From Prasinococcaceae sp. CCMP 1430 (taxonomy: Eukaryota > Plantae > Prasinodermophyta), in the NCBI GenBank assembly GCA_013416795.1, contig RQSC01000032.1:579704-643703 (forward strand): a DNA stretch of 64,000 nucleotides, read 5' to 3'. A program made the translations under genes and the position numbers. This document shows, in pieces, positions 35,603 through 46,508 of this stretch. A model generated the notes under the pieces. It worked only from the letters and a program-made list of their open reading frames with translations. It did no database searches and was not told the origin of the DNA. Position 1 is the stretch's first letter. Each line of letters begins with the position of its first letter.

Positions 35603-36364
35603 NNNNNNNNNNNNNNNNNNNNNNNNNNNNNNNNNNNNNNNNNNNNNNNNNNNNNNNNNNNNNNNNNNNNNNNNNNNNNNNNNNNNNNNNNNNNNNNNNN
35701 NNNNNNNNNNNNNNNNNNNNNNNNNNNNNNNNNNNNNNNNNNNNNNNNNNNNNNNNNNNNNNNNNNNNNNNNNNNNNNNNNNNNNNNNNNNNNNNNNNNN
35801 NNNNNNNNNNNNNNNNNNNNNNNNNNNNNNNNNNNNNNNNNNNNNNNNNNNNNNNNNNNNNNNNNNNNNNNNNNNNNNNNNNNNNNNNNNNNNNNNNNNN
35901 NNNNNNNNNNNNNNNNNNNNNNNNNNNNNNNNNNNNNNNNNNNNNNNNNNNNNNNNNNNNNNNNNNNNNNNNNNNNNNNNNNNNNNNNNNNNNNNNNNNN
36001 NNNNNNNNNNNNNNNNNNNNNNNNNNNNNNNNNNNNNNNNNNNNNNNNNNNNNNNNNNNNNNNNNNNNNNNNNNNNNNNNNNNNNNNNNNNNNNNNNNNN
36101 NNNNNNNNNNNNNNNNNNNNNNNNNNNNNNNNNNNNNNNNNNNNNNNNNNNNNNNNNNNNNNNNNNNNNNNNNNNNNNNNNNNNNNNNNNNNNNNNNNNN
36201 NNNNNNNNNNNNNNNNNNNNNNNNNNNNNNNNNNNNNNNNNNNNNNNNNNNNNNNNNNNNNNNNNNNNNNNNNNNNNNNNNNNNNNNNNNNNNNNNNNNN
36301 NNNNNNNNNNNNNNNNNNNNNNNNNNNNNNNNNNNNNNNNNNNNNNNNNNNNNNNNNNNNNNNN
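35603..36364. other. Assembly gap (N run)
   Basis: Run of N. Confidence 1.
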
Positions 36365-36733
36365 GGCGGCGGCGTCCCCCCGCCGGCCGCCCCCGCCCCC
36401 GCGTGAGCGAGCGCGCGCTGCGCCCACCTCATTCATTCCGTGTGTACAACAATGTTCCATAGCCTCATCAATCAACATCTCTGCGCACGCGCCGCGCGCG
36501 CGCGCCGCGAGACCGCGCGCGCAGGCCTGTTTCATCGATGGTGATGGTATGTACCATCGGATGCTGCTGTACAGAGTATGCAGCATATCATGCATGCGTT
36601 GGCGCGCGGTGCATCCAAAATTCCGAATGTCTCAATATTTGTTCGGCTTCGTTGGGGGTTGGGTGGGGGTTGGGTGGGGAGGATTTGATTTGTCATCACC
36701 ATCGAATATCGTATCTGCCGCGGGCCCGACGCC

Positions 36734-36752
36734 GCGCGAAAATGGCGGGAAA
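36734..36752 (-). promoter_or_regulatory. Pair of E2F/DP consensus sites upstream of ORC3
   Basis: GCGCGAAA (36734-36741) and GGCGGGAAA (36744-36752) are reverse complements of TTTCGCGC and TTTCCCGCC. Confidence 0.65.
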
Positions 36753-36895
36753 ACGCGCGGAGACGGGGCGCGCGCGCCACCTCGGGGGCGCGCGCGCGAG
36801 CGCGGCGGTGCGGCTCGAACGGCGGCTCGCGCGGCGGCTCGGGCGGTGGCGCGCGGGCGGGGAGGTGGTCCCGAACCGAGGGAGGCGCCTCGCGC

Positions 36896-39400
36896 GATGC
36901 GGGCGCCCGCGACGCCGGCAGCGAGTTCGTCGCGCTCGGGAAGGAGAGCGCCGCGCACACGGCGGCACGCGAGGGCGCGTTCTGGCAGGAGCGCGCCGCC
37001 TTTGAGCGCGCGGCCGCCGACGCGGGGCGCGCCGCCAGGAAACCCACGGTCGAGAGGCTCGCAGAGTTCTGCGCGGCGGCTGAGAATCTCGACGGCGCCG
37101 GGGTTGCGATCGGCAGCGCAGCCGCATCCGCGCAGGGCCTTCCGACCGCTGTGACGATCTGCGGCGGCATCAACAGCGTGGACGCGCCGGCAGTCGCGCA
37201 GCTCTGCGAAGCGCTCCGCGCCCGCGGCCACGCCGTCGCATCCGTACCCGCTCGTTCTCTCCGTGGCACCAATGCATCGGGTGCCGGCCTCGCCGCGCTC
37301 CTCAGGCTCTCGGGCACGTCCATGCTCGCGGGCGAGAGGGCCCTGCGCGAACAGCAGGCCGCGCACCGCACAAGCGCGAGCGGCGACAAAACGGACGCCG
37401 CGGAGGCTCGGGCCCCTGCCAGCGCCGCTGCTGGAGGCGCTTCGAAGGGCAGGCGCAACGGACGGAGCACGCGCTCGCCCGCGCCAGCCCCTTCCGCCAA
37501 GAAGAAGAAGGATGGCAAAGCCGCCGACGGCGCTTCCGCCGACACAGCGCGTCTCGAGGAGAAGCACTGGGTGACTGGCGGCATGTGGGACGTGTCTTCC
37601 ATCGCGCGCTGGCGCGCAGCCGAGAAGGGCGGCCGCGGCGCGCTGGTCTGGGTTCTGGACGGCACAGAGCGGCTGGATCCGGACGCGCTGACAGACCTGC
37701 TGACGCTGCTGGCCGACGCGCGCGAGCACCGCGGGCTGCCCGTTTGCGTCATTACGCTGCTGCAGACGAGCGCCGGCACGCTTCAGCAGGTGCTGCCTGC
37801 AGCGACCGCGCAACGTCTCGCGCCCACGGTCTTCTCGTTCGCGACGCCCGCACAGTGCGTCAACGCGCTGCTCGAACGCACGTTGCTCGCGACGGCGCCG
37901 GGGGCGTCAGCGGCTGGGGAGCAGGGCGCCGGCACCTCCCACGATGCCCCGGCGCTGCTGGCGCCCGTGCTCGGCCTGAGCGGCGCGTGCGTGCACGGCC
38001 TCCAGCAGTCCTTCATATGCCACCATTCGCTGGCATCGTACGTTGAGCAAGTGTGCGCCACTGCGCGTGCGGCACATTTCACGTCGCACCCGCTCGCATC
38101 GCTCGCTGCGCCGGCGGCGTGCGCGTCGAAGAGCGCGCTGCAGGCGGCTATCAAGGCAGCACCCGCGGCGGCCGTCGCTGCGCTCGCCAAGGAGGCGCGC
38201 GTGGGGGCCAAGGCACTGCCTGGCGCGCTGTGGGAGATGCTCGAGCGCAGGCGTGCTCGCGCGCTCGCGTTGCGGTGGGTGGCTTCCTGCGGATCCGCGT
38301 CCCTGCTCGAACTGCTCGTTGCGGTCTCAGACGACGGCGAGGAGGACGACGGGGATGCGGATGCAGGGGAGCCGCGTGGCTCTCAGGAGCTGAGGGACGC
38401 GGTGCATGCGCTACGCGCGATGGGCGCTCCGGGCGGGCGTGCCCCTGGCCAGGCCGAGAGAGGTGGGAGAGGCGACGGCACGGGCGCGGACGCGCAGGCG
38501 CGCTTGTCCCAGCTCATGGCGGTGCTGCGCCAATGGGTGCGCGTGCCCGCGCCCGCTCAGGTCGAGGCCCATGTGGAAGCCGCCCGCACGCTGCTCGCCG
38601 AGGCAGAGCGCGCTACGGGAGCGACGGCGACCGCCATGGTTGGCGCGCCCGACACAGCCCAAACAGCCGAGATGGAGAAGGTGGCGGCTGCAAGGCGCGG
38701 ACGTGGCAAGGCTGCGGCCTCCAAGGGCGGCAAGAGTGGCGCCAAGGCCGGGGTCAAGGCCGCGGCTGCATCGAAGGGGGAGGATGCTGCTGCGACGACG
38801 ACGGCGCTCCGTCCGAAGGACATCGCAGATCGCGCTGCGGACCTCCTCTCTGCGGTGGGCCGCGCGCACATGCTCAGCGCAGACCCGCTGGAGGGAGCCC
38901 TGGGCGCGGCATGGCGCTTCGACGGCTGGCAGACGGTTGCAGACGCTCTGCACCCGGCACCTCGCTCGCGCGCGATGGCTCACATGGCCGCGGGCGCCCC
39001 CTCCGTGAGCGCGCGCGGTGGCGGTCGCAACGGCGGCGTCCGCCCGCTGGCGTCTGTTGACTGCGCGATGGACGACACCGCCATGGCCTGGGCACTCCTG
39101 TCCGCGCATGGTGAGAACGCGAGCGTAGCGAGGTGGTATCGTGAGATGTGCCATGTGTACATCAAAGGAGGCCAATGTGGGGCGCAGTCTGGACGCGGCC
39201 GTGGACGGAAGCGCAAGGCGGCGACTGCGACCGAGGCAAGCGAGGTGGATGACGCCCTGACGGCGCTCGCTGCGCGTGACCGCGCCACGCTTCAGGCGAG
39301 GTTCAGTCGCGCTGCCGGGGAGCTGCAGCTGATGGGGGCTATTCGCAGCGCGTCCAAGCGGTCCGACACAGTGCAGAGGCTCGTTTTCGACGCGATGTGA
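36896..39400 (+). CDS. ORC3: Origin recognition complex subunit 3; exact start unresolved
   Basis: AREGAFWQE...GLPTAVTICGGINSVD, HFTSHPLASL, and a C-terminal WHD DDTAMAWALLSAHGE...QARFSRAAGELQLMG..RSASKRSDTVQRLVF. Confidence 0.85.
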   Translation, partial: DAGARDAGSEFVALGKESAAHTAAREGAFWQERAAFERAAADAGRAARKPTVERLAEFCAAAENLDGAGVAIGSAAASAQGLPTAVTICGGINSVDAPAVAQLCEALRARGHAVASVPARSLRGTNASGAGLAALLRLSGTSMLAGERALREQQAAHRTSASGDKTDAAEARAPASAAAGGASKGRRNGRSTRSPAPAPSAKKKKDGKAADGASADTARLEEKHWVTGGMWDVSSIARWRAAEKGGRGALVWVLDGTERLDPDALTDLLTLLADAREHRGLPVCVITLLQTSAGTLQQVLPAATAQRLAPTVFSFATPAQCVNALLERTLLATAPGASAAGEQGAGTSHDAPALLAPVLGLSGACVHGLQQSFICHHSLASYVEQVCATARAAHFTSHPLASLAAPAACASKSALQAAIKAAPAAAVAALAKEARVGAKALPGALWEMLERRRARALALRWVASCGSASLLELLVAVSDDGEEDDGDADAGEPRGSQELRDAVHALRAMGAPGGRAPGQAERGGRGDGTGADAQARLSQLMAVLRQWVRVPAPAQVEAHVEAARTLLAEAERATGATATAMVGAPDTAQTAEMEKVAAARRGRGKAAASKGGKSGAKAGVKAAAASKGEDAAATTTALRPKDIADRAADLLSAVGRAHMLSADPLEGALGAAWRFDGWQTVADALHPAPRSRAMAHMAAGAPSVSARGGGRNGGVRPLASVDCAMDDTAMAWALLSAHGENASVARWYREMCHVYIKGGQCGAQSGRGRGRKRKAATATEASEVDDALTALAARDRATLQARFSRAAGELQLMGAIRSASKRSDTVQRLVFDAM

Positions 39401-39511
39401 TGCGCGCGCACGCTGCGCTCTGTCGCGGCGCTCGCCACGCTCGCGCGTGCGGTCGAGCGCATCCCGCCATCCCGCGCTCCGTACAGTCAAGAGTCTCTGA
39501 GACGCACAGCC

Positions 39512-41014
39512 TTAAGCTCCAACGCGCCCACGTGCGCCTGCGCCTGCGAATGCGAAGCGCGCCGCAGCTGCGAGCGCGCGCGGCATCGCTCTCGGCGGCA
39601 TCGTCCACTGTGCGCGCGCGAACATAGCTTCGGGTCGCACCGCATCAGGTGCACGCGGGTCGAGCGGCTCTGCCGCCGCCGCTGCTGCCAGCAGCTCTGC
39701 CGGCGGCCGCATACGCCTGTGACGCTTCCTCTCGCTGTCCCTCTTGCGCTTCTTGGCCGCCGCGCCGCCGCTCTTGCTCCTCTTGGATAGGCCGGGTATG
39801 GTTCCCCCCAACGCCTCCATTGCCGCGAGCTGCTCCGCCCACCGCGCGTTCCACTCCTCCTCGACAGCCGCGCACATCTCTACGATCTCATCGTCCTCGT
39901 TGTTGTACAGCCTGCAGTTGGCCCACACGCGTTCCACGTCGGCAAGCGCAGCGGGCACGTCCTTGTGGCGGTGCTTGCTCAGCCGCTGGCGGATGGTGCC
40001 CAAGTCGATGGGGCGTGCCACCACGTCGTAGTAGTCAGTCAGCCCCAGCTCCTCGACGGGCACGGGCGTATTGAAGGGCTCTGCGTCCTCGTGCGCCATG
40101 GTCGCGTCGAGGGCTTTCACGAAGAAGGGACGCCACTTGATGCTACCACGGGTGCCGCCTGAGGGGCGCGCTCTGCTGCCGCCGCCGCCGCCACGGTGCT
40201 TCGCTGGCCGGCCCGGCGAGGCGTAGTCGTCGTCGTCGCCGCCGTCGTCGTCGTCTGCGCGCGACGCAGAGGCGAAAATCATGGCGGTGGTGTGCACGCA
40301 CGCAGGCATCAGCGAGCTGCAGGCATAGGGACGCGAGGCGCTAGAGTACGTATGCGCACGCGCGCTGCGCTCGCGCAAGCGCGTTGTGCTCACCTCCATC
40401 GTCCTCTTCGTCCTCCTCGCCGCCATCGTCATCTCGATCTTCCTCACGCGCGCCTGCCACGGCGCGCCCTCCCCCGCCTGCACCTTCCTCGCGCTCGGCG
40501 GCCCCCTCTCCAAAGTCCTCGTCGTCGGGGGCGTGCGGGTCGTAGTAGGGCCCGAGTACCGTGGGCCGCCCGTACTGCGCGAGCCCGTTCTTGGACCACG
40601 TGTCTCGGAAGTATTTCTCGACGGTGTCGCACGCGGCGTTGACAGGGTGCGCGGGGTGGTTGTACGTCCGACAGTTCGACCACACGCGGGAGACGTCTGC
40701 GAGGAGGGCCATTGCGCTCCGGTACTGTCCGCAGTGCCAGGCGCCGTGAGTCAGCGAAAAGGGCGCTTTGGGGCGTCTCGTCGCCTTTCGGGGCGCGGGC
40801 TCCCCGCGCAGCGCCGCCCTCTCACCTTTCTGTTGTCGAGCTTCTCGAGCACCGTGCCGAGGTCCATGGGCTGGTCGATGACGTCGAGGTAGTCTGGGAG
40901 TCCGTCTGCGACCGGATCGACTGGCTCGCTGAAATACTGCTCGGCGTCTTCATGCGACATTGCGCGCACCACGCAGCGCCGCGCGAGCTTCTCCCAGTCG
41001 CCTCCGCTGGGCAT
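39512..41014 (-). CDS. Tandem (two) bromodomain protein; at least three exons; last exon unresolved
   Basis: FSEPVDPVADGLPDYLDVIDQPMDLGTV...VWSNCRTYN and FNTPVPVEELGLTDYYDVVARPIDLGTI...VWANCRLYN. Confidence 0.85.
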
Positions 41015-41394
41015 GGCGACCGCGCGGGGCCGCGGGCTCGGAGGCCCCCGTCGTCGCGGAAGAAGAGCCCCCCCCACACCTTCCTTCCCCCCCTTCCGCC
41101 CCTCCGCTGGGCTGGCCCTCCTGTGGGCGCTACGCCCGCGGCATGTGGCACGGGGGGGCGGCGGCTGCGCTGGTACCCCCCAGGCCGAGCAGAGGCCCGC
41201 CCCCCCCTTTTTTTTTTTTTTTTGGCCGCCGCGCTCAGGCTTGCGGCGAGTGATGGAGCTGGCTGATAGACTGCACCACCGGCACCGGGCTGTCGCGCCA
41301 CAGGGTAGCACCGCCGCGGCCGCCACCCTGCATTCCGAGGCAGCTGCCGGGACTGAGTACAGGGAGAGAGGAGAGGAGAAGCTCGTGCGTTGCG

Positions 41395-42074
41395 ATGGTG
41401 GCGCTGCCGAAGCTGCCGCGGCTGGCTGAGCTTGACGCGCCCGAGGCGGCGCGGGGCGCAGCCATCGGCGCCGTTCTGGCGTGCACCCCGCTGCTCTTCG
41501 TGCAGGTACGAGGGAGGGCTGCGTGGGTGCGCCCGCGTGTGTGTTGGGGGGAGCGCGGATGCCGTGTTGCATGCATTGGTGGGCGCTGCTGACAACCTTC
41601 CCGTATCACCTCCCCGTCCATGCTCGTGTCTCGCTCGCGTGTTGTCCGGTGAAGACTTGGGTAGCGCTCGCACTGTACCCGCTGCTGAAGCGACTGGGCT
41701 TCGACTTCAACCTGCCCATCTGCCTGCTGGCGAACCAGCTGAACAACCCGCTCACCGCCTTCCCGCTGCTGTATGCGATGTGCTGGCTGGGGGCGCACGC
41801 GCTAAACGCAGTTGGATGTCCCGTGGCGGACGTGTCGTATGCGGCGCTGACGGCGAGGCTAGTAGCCATCGAGGCCGCTGCAGACGGCGACCTGACCGCC
41901 CGATTCGTCGAGAGCACGCGCTTCGTGTTCCTGGAGCTGGGAACGGCCGCAATGGTCGGCGCGGTGCTGGCGGCGGCGCCCGTCGCCGTGGCGGCGAGCT
42001 CTGTCACCGGCTGGGCGGTGCGGCGAGCAAAACGGGCGGCGGAGGCGGGCGGCGCGAAGAAGAAGGCGGAGTAG
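41395..42074 (+). CDS. DUF2062-like membrane protein; intron from ~41506; start approximate
   Basis: ARGAAIGAVLACTPLLFVQ|TWVALAL...FNLPICLLANQLNNPLTAFPLLYAMCWLG resembles the DUF2062 pattern. Confidence 0.6.
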
Positions 42075-42155
42075 AGTAGAAGCCGAGGCAGGGGAGTGGG
42101 TGGCTACTGTACAAGATGCGTTATTACGACATATACATCAGGCGCTCGTAAGCCT

Positions 42156-43390
42156 TCATGACTGCCCCAGGGCGGTGCGCACTGCGAGCGTGCCGCCCTC
42201 GCTGTGCAGACGGCCATGCCTGGGGCGCAGCATCTGGCGGCCCATCGGCCCGTCGCCCGTCGCAACCTCGTGCTCCTCGCCGTCGAGGACCTGCGCCCTG
42301 CACACAGGACACGTCGGGCTGACGTTCGTGAGCCATCTGTCCACGCATCCCGCGTGCATGCTGTGGCCGCACGGCAGGTCGCGCAACACGTCACCGTCCT
42401 CGAACTCCGCCAAGCATATGCTGCATTCGAGGCCGAGTGGGCTCGGGAGCGCGCCGGCGCGCGCGCTCGTGCGCTCGCGCTGGTCGCCCGTTGCGCTCGA
42501 GGCCGCACAGGCTTTCGCGTCCGAGTCGACGGCAGTGCCGTCCGTCGACGTCTGCGCAGCGCCGTACTTGTGCGTGGGGAGCCTGTTGACGGACACCCTC
42601 CTGAGCTCGCGAGCCGCCTCGAGGTGCATGTTTGCGGCTTCGTCCACTTCGTCGAGCGCGCGCGACAGCGTGTCCACGAGCGAGATGATGCGCAAGGCCA
42701 CCTCGCGCGGCGCGTCGGCGGCGGACTGCCCGCGCACACCGGGACCGCCCGCAGCATAGCCCTGCGCGGTCTGCAGCGCTTCCCATCCGCGAATCGCATC
42801 GTCGATCAGCCACAGCGACTGCAGGCGCCGCGAGATTGGGGCCTCGCCGGCGGCTTCGGCGGCGGCGTTGGCGGCGGCGGCGGCAACGACGGAAGCTGCG
42901 GCGGCGGCTGCCGCAACGGCGGGGCCAGCGGCGTCCCATGGCAGGCCCGCTCGGCGCTCGCCCGATGCTCGCACGGCATCCTCGTCGCCCTCTGGCCGCA
43001 TAGGCTCGGCCGCTCGAACCGCCGGCGCGACTGCAACGGCGGCGTGCTCGGCTTCGCCTTGGGGCGCGGCCTGTAGCGCGGTCGGTCGGTCGCGCGCTCG
43101 CGCGCTCGGCTCTGGCCGCACGGAACTGCTGGCCACGCGAGGCGTCCTGAAGCACGCGCCGAGGAGCTGCCGCAACCATGAGCGGCGCGGCGGCGCGCTG
43201 TCTCCCGTCGCGTCCGCCTCGCGCTGGCGCTCTTCGCGCTTGTGCTCTGCTTCCCAGCGGCGCTCGAGCGCGAGGACGCGCTGGCGCGCCAGCCCGAGCT
43301 GGCGCGAGCTCGTGCCCGAGCGTTCCACAGCCAGCGCCGGCGCGTCCGCCTGCGCCAGCGCGCGAGCGCCGGGTCGCGCGCGAGCGCCAT
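42156..43390 (-). CDS. RING-H2 E3 ubiquitin ligase; start unresolved
   Basis: VNRLPTHKY...[44 protein letters not shown]. Confidence 0.82.
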
Positions 43391-43577
43391 GCGCTCCGCG
43401 CGGCGAGGATCTCTCTCTGCGGCGGGCGCGGGCGTTGCCCACCGTCGCCGCGCTCCGACTGCGCGCGAGGGCCCGCCGGACGACACCGCGCCCGGGCACG
43501 CTTCGCTCTGGCCGCTCGCAGTGCGCTGACGCGCCCTGCGCACGCCGCGCCTCGCCCCACCCGCCGTTCTGCGGCAG

Positions 43578-44202
43578 GACGTGCATCGCCGTCGCCGGCG
43601 AGCGCTTCGTGGTGGTGGCGGCCGACACGCGCATGAGCAGCGGGTTCAACATCCTGACGCGCGACCACCCCAAGACGCTGCAGCTGAGCTCGCACTGCGT
43701 GATCGCCACGTCGGGCTTCGACGCCGACGCCAAGGCGCTGCAGAAGCACCTCAAGGCGGACCACATCGTGTACAAGCAGAACCACGGCAAGGAGATGGGC
43801 TGCGTGGCGGCCGCGCAGCTGCTGTCGCAGACGCTGTACCACAAGCGCTTCTTCCCGTACTACACCTTCAACCTGCTGGCGGGCCTCGACAAGGAGGGCA
43901 AGGGCGCCGTGTTCACCTACGACGCGGTCGGCAGCTACGAGCGGACCAACTACAGCTGCCAGGGCACGGGGCGCGCGCTCATCGAGAGCGTGCTCGACAA
44001 CCAGCTCAAGCTGCCCAGCCCGCTGCTCGTGCCCAAGCAGGAGAGCGCGTACGGCGGCTCGGAGGAGGACGCCATCGACCTCATGAAGGACGCCTTCGCG
44101 TCGGCGGCGGAGCGCGACATCTACACGGGCGACGCGGTGCAGATCGTGGTCATCAACAAGGACGGCACGCGCACCGAGACCATGGAGCTCAAGCGGGACT
44201 GA
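43578..44202 (+). CDS. PBF1: 20S proteasome subunit beta-6 (PSMB1), second exon; first exon not found
   Basis: GGCAG|G ACG TGC...[63 protein letters not shown]. Confidence 0.95.
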
Positions 44203-44845
44203 GCGCGCGGCCGCCGGCGGCTCCTCTGTAATGAATACACCACACGCGCGCACGAGCAACCGCAGCTCGCTCGTCGCCGCGTCGGCCAGGCGGGCGCTTG
44301 CGGCGTATCGGCGTGTGCGGAAGGGGGGTGTGAGGGCGCGGGTGCGGGGGTCGCAGGGCGTCGGCGACGTTTGCCGGGGCGCCCTGTCGTGGGCCGCTCG
44401 CCCGGCGCGTCCCCGACGCTCACGCCGACGCTCACGCGGCTCTCCCGTGGGTCTTTTCATTCTCTTTTTTAAATTCAAGAAACCCGCGCTTTGAATGCTG
44501 GCACTCTGCCCCATCGACATCGAATTCATCAGTGCGTGCGAGTTCCCACATATATCTGTCGTATCACTTCGCATTCGAAAAACGCAGGCCGGAACGGGCG
44601 ACGCGGGCGCGCCCCGCGGCGCCTCCCCTCCGGCGCGCCGGCGGTCGCCGAGAAAAAACCGCCGCGCCCCCGCCGGCGCGAGGCGCGCAGAAAGCCTCAT
44701 CAGTCGGGACCGGCGCCGGGCCGGCCGGACCTCCATGAGCCAATGAATGGATGGGTGTGGATGGGTGGGTGGATGGGTGGGTAGGAGCCTCTTTCTTCCC
44801 AAGATGGATCGATCCGCGGGTAACAGAAGAGCTCCGCGCACTCGC

Positions 44846-44908
44846 CAGCAGCAGCAGGAGCAGCGGCAGCAGCAGCTGCAGCAGCAGCAGCGGCAGCGGC
44901 AGCAGCAG
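44846..44908. repeat. (CAG)n-like trinucleotide tract between PBF1 and Maf 3' ends
   Basis: Direct read. Confidence 0.85.
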
Positions 44909-45009
44909 TGACTGACGTGGCGATCGGATCGGCAGTTCTCCAGGCAGCTTCTTCGCGCTGTGCTTCCGGACGGACGCAGTGCACACACACACAGACAGTG
45001 TCTTCATAG

Positions 45010-45889
45010 TCAGCCTTCGTTCTGTCTGACGGCGCGCGGGCGCGCGCGCGCGCCGCGCCGCCCTGCTGGCCCGAAGGGGGAGAACGATGGGGCGGGAGAG
45101 CGCGCGCGCGTGGCGGCGGCGGCGAGTGCGCGTGCGGGCCTCGCCGCGGGCAGGTGCGGCGGTGCGCGGCGGAGCCCGCGCCGCGCCGCCCGACCGACCG
45201 ACCTACGCGTGATCGAGCTCGTCGATGAGCTCGGCGAGCAGCCGCACGGGCATGCCCATCACCGAGTCGAGATCGCCCTCGAGGCGCGCGACGTGCGGCC
45301 AGACGAGCTCGTGCTCGCACATCAGGCCGCCGGCGCACTTGAAGACGTCGCCGGACGCCACCAGCGCGTCCACGGAGTCCGCCGGGAGGGCGCCGAAGTG
45401 GATGGTCGCGACGCTCACGCCGCACGCCCGCGGGCCGTCGTCCGCGCCGAGCCTCTGCACGGCGACCGACCCCACGGTCGACGGCGGCTCCCGCTCGTAC
45501 CTCCCGATCATTGCGCGCGCCTCGGCCTCGTCGAGCGGCTTCTCGAGCACCTCCCTGCCACCCGCGGCGCCGCACACCACCACCTGGTCGCACGCCACCA
45601 GGAGCGCCCCCTGCGCAGCGAGCTGCTCGCACCGCTCCCTCCCGAGCGCGTCGGCGGCCTTGGCGGCGGCCGCGTCCGCCTTGGCGGCTGCGAGCGCGCG
45701 CACGAGCTCCTCCGGCGTGTCCCGCCGGATGGCGCGCTCGTCTATGGCAGGCGCCACGGTGCCGGCAAGTTTCACCCCCGCGTGCGATAGCACCTGGCGC
45801 CTGAACGGCGACGAGCTGGCAAGCACGATGGGTGGCAGCGCGGCCGGCGCGGCGCCCGGCCGCGCGGGCGCGACGCGTGGCGGCGCCAT
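45010..45889 (-). CDS. maf: Maf/YceF-family nucleoside-triphosphate pyrophosphatase; possible short last exon 45010-45025
   Basis: IVLASSSPFRRQVL, IDERAIR, LAAAKA, LVACDQVV...LEKP, CAGGL, GDLDSVMGMP. Confidence 0.88.
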
Positions 45890-46133
45890 GTACGGCGGCG
45901 GCTACGGCTACGGCTACGGCATGCCCATCACGCCCTTCGGCTTTGGCTTCTCGCCGTTCGGCTTCGGCTTCGGCGGCGGCGGCCTCTTCCAGCTCTTTGT
46001 GCTGTTCGCGCTCTTCAACTTTGTGAGCTCGGTCGTGCAGGAGATCGGCGAGGGCATCGAGGACAAGTTCGACAACGACGACGACGATCGCCGCGGCGGC
46101 AGCGGGAGCGGCGGCGGGGACTACTTCGACTGA
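45888..46133 (+). CDS. C-terminal part of a Gly/Tyr-rich single-TM plastid protein (At5g57345/OXR-like)
   Basis: MYGGGYGYGYGMPITPFGFGFSPFGFGFGGGGLFQLFVLFALFNFV...DDDD. Family assignment from memory, not searched. Confidence 0.55.
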   Translation: MYGGGYGYGYGMPITPFGFGFSPFGFGFGGGGLFQLFVLFALFNFVSSVVQEIGEGIEDKFDNDDDDRRGGSGSGGGDYFD

Positions 46134-46508
46134 GACCTCGGCGCGCATGTCACCGTCGGCGGGCTGCGCGCGCGCGCCGCGCCGCCGGATTTTCCTTTTT
46201 GATGAATGTAAGCTGCGTGTTGAGCGAACAGAGAGAGTGTTACAGCACAACGTTGGTGTGAGCGGCGTGCACGGCACGCCGCCCTCCTTTGGTACAAGCG
46301 AGCAAGCCCCGGCGGTCAGCCCGGCGGACGGATGGACGACGGAACAGGACAGAACGGAGCGGGGCGCGGCGGCTGAGCGCGACGCGCGCGCCCGGGTGGA
46401 CCAGGCGCGGCGTCCGGGCCACCTCAGAAGTGGTGTTGGCCCTGCGACGCGAGCGACGTCCTGCGGTCGCGGAGGCGCCTGGAGTGCAACGGCGCCTGGC
46501 CGGTCGCG

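Noticed and set aside
36530-36600. Short hairpins (GATGGTA/TACCATC; ATGCTGC/GCAGCAT) near the gap as Helitron or MITE ends
   Set aside because: Only 7-bp stems, with no terminal CTRR, TIR pair or TSD identifiable.
28155-37154. Long ORFs containing X runs (e.g. 34215-37154, 28200-29213)
   Set aside because: They are artefacts of translating through N gaps.
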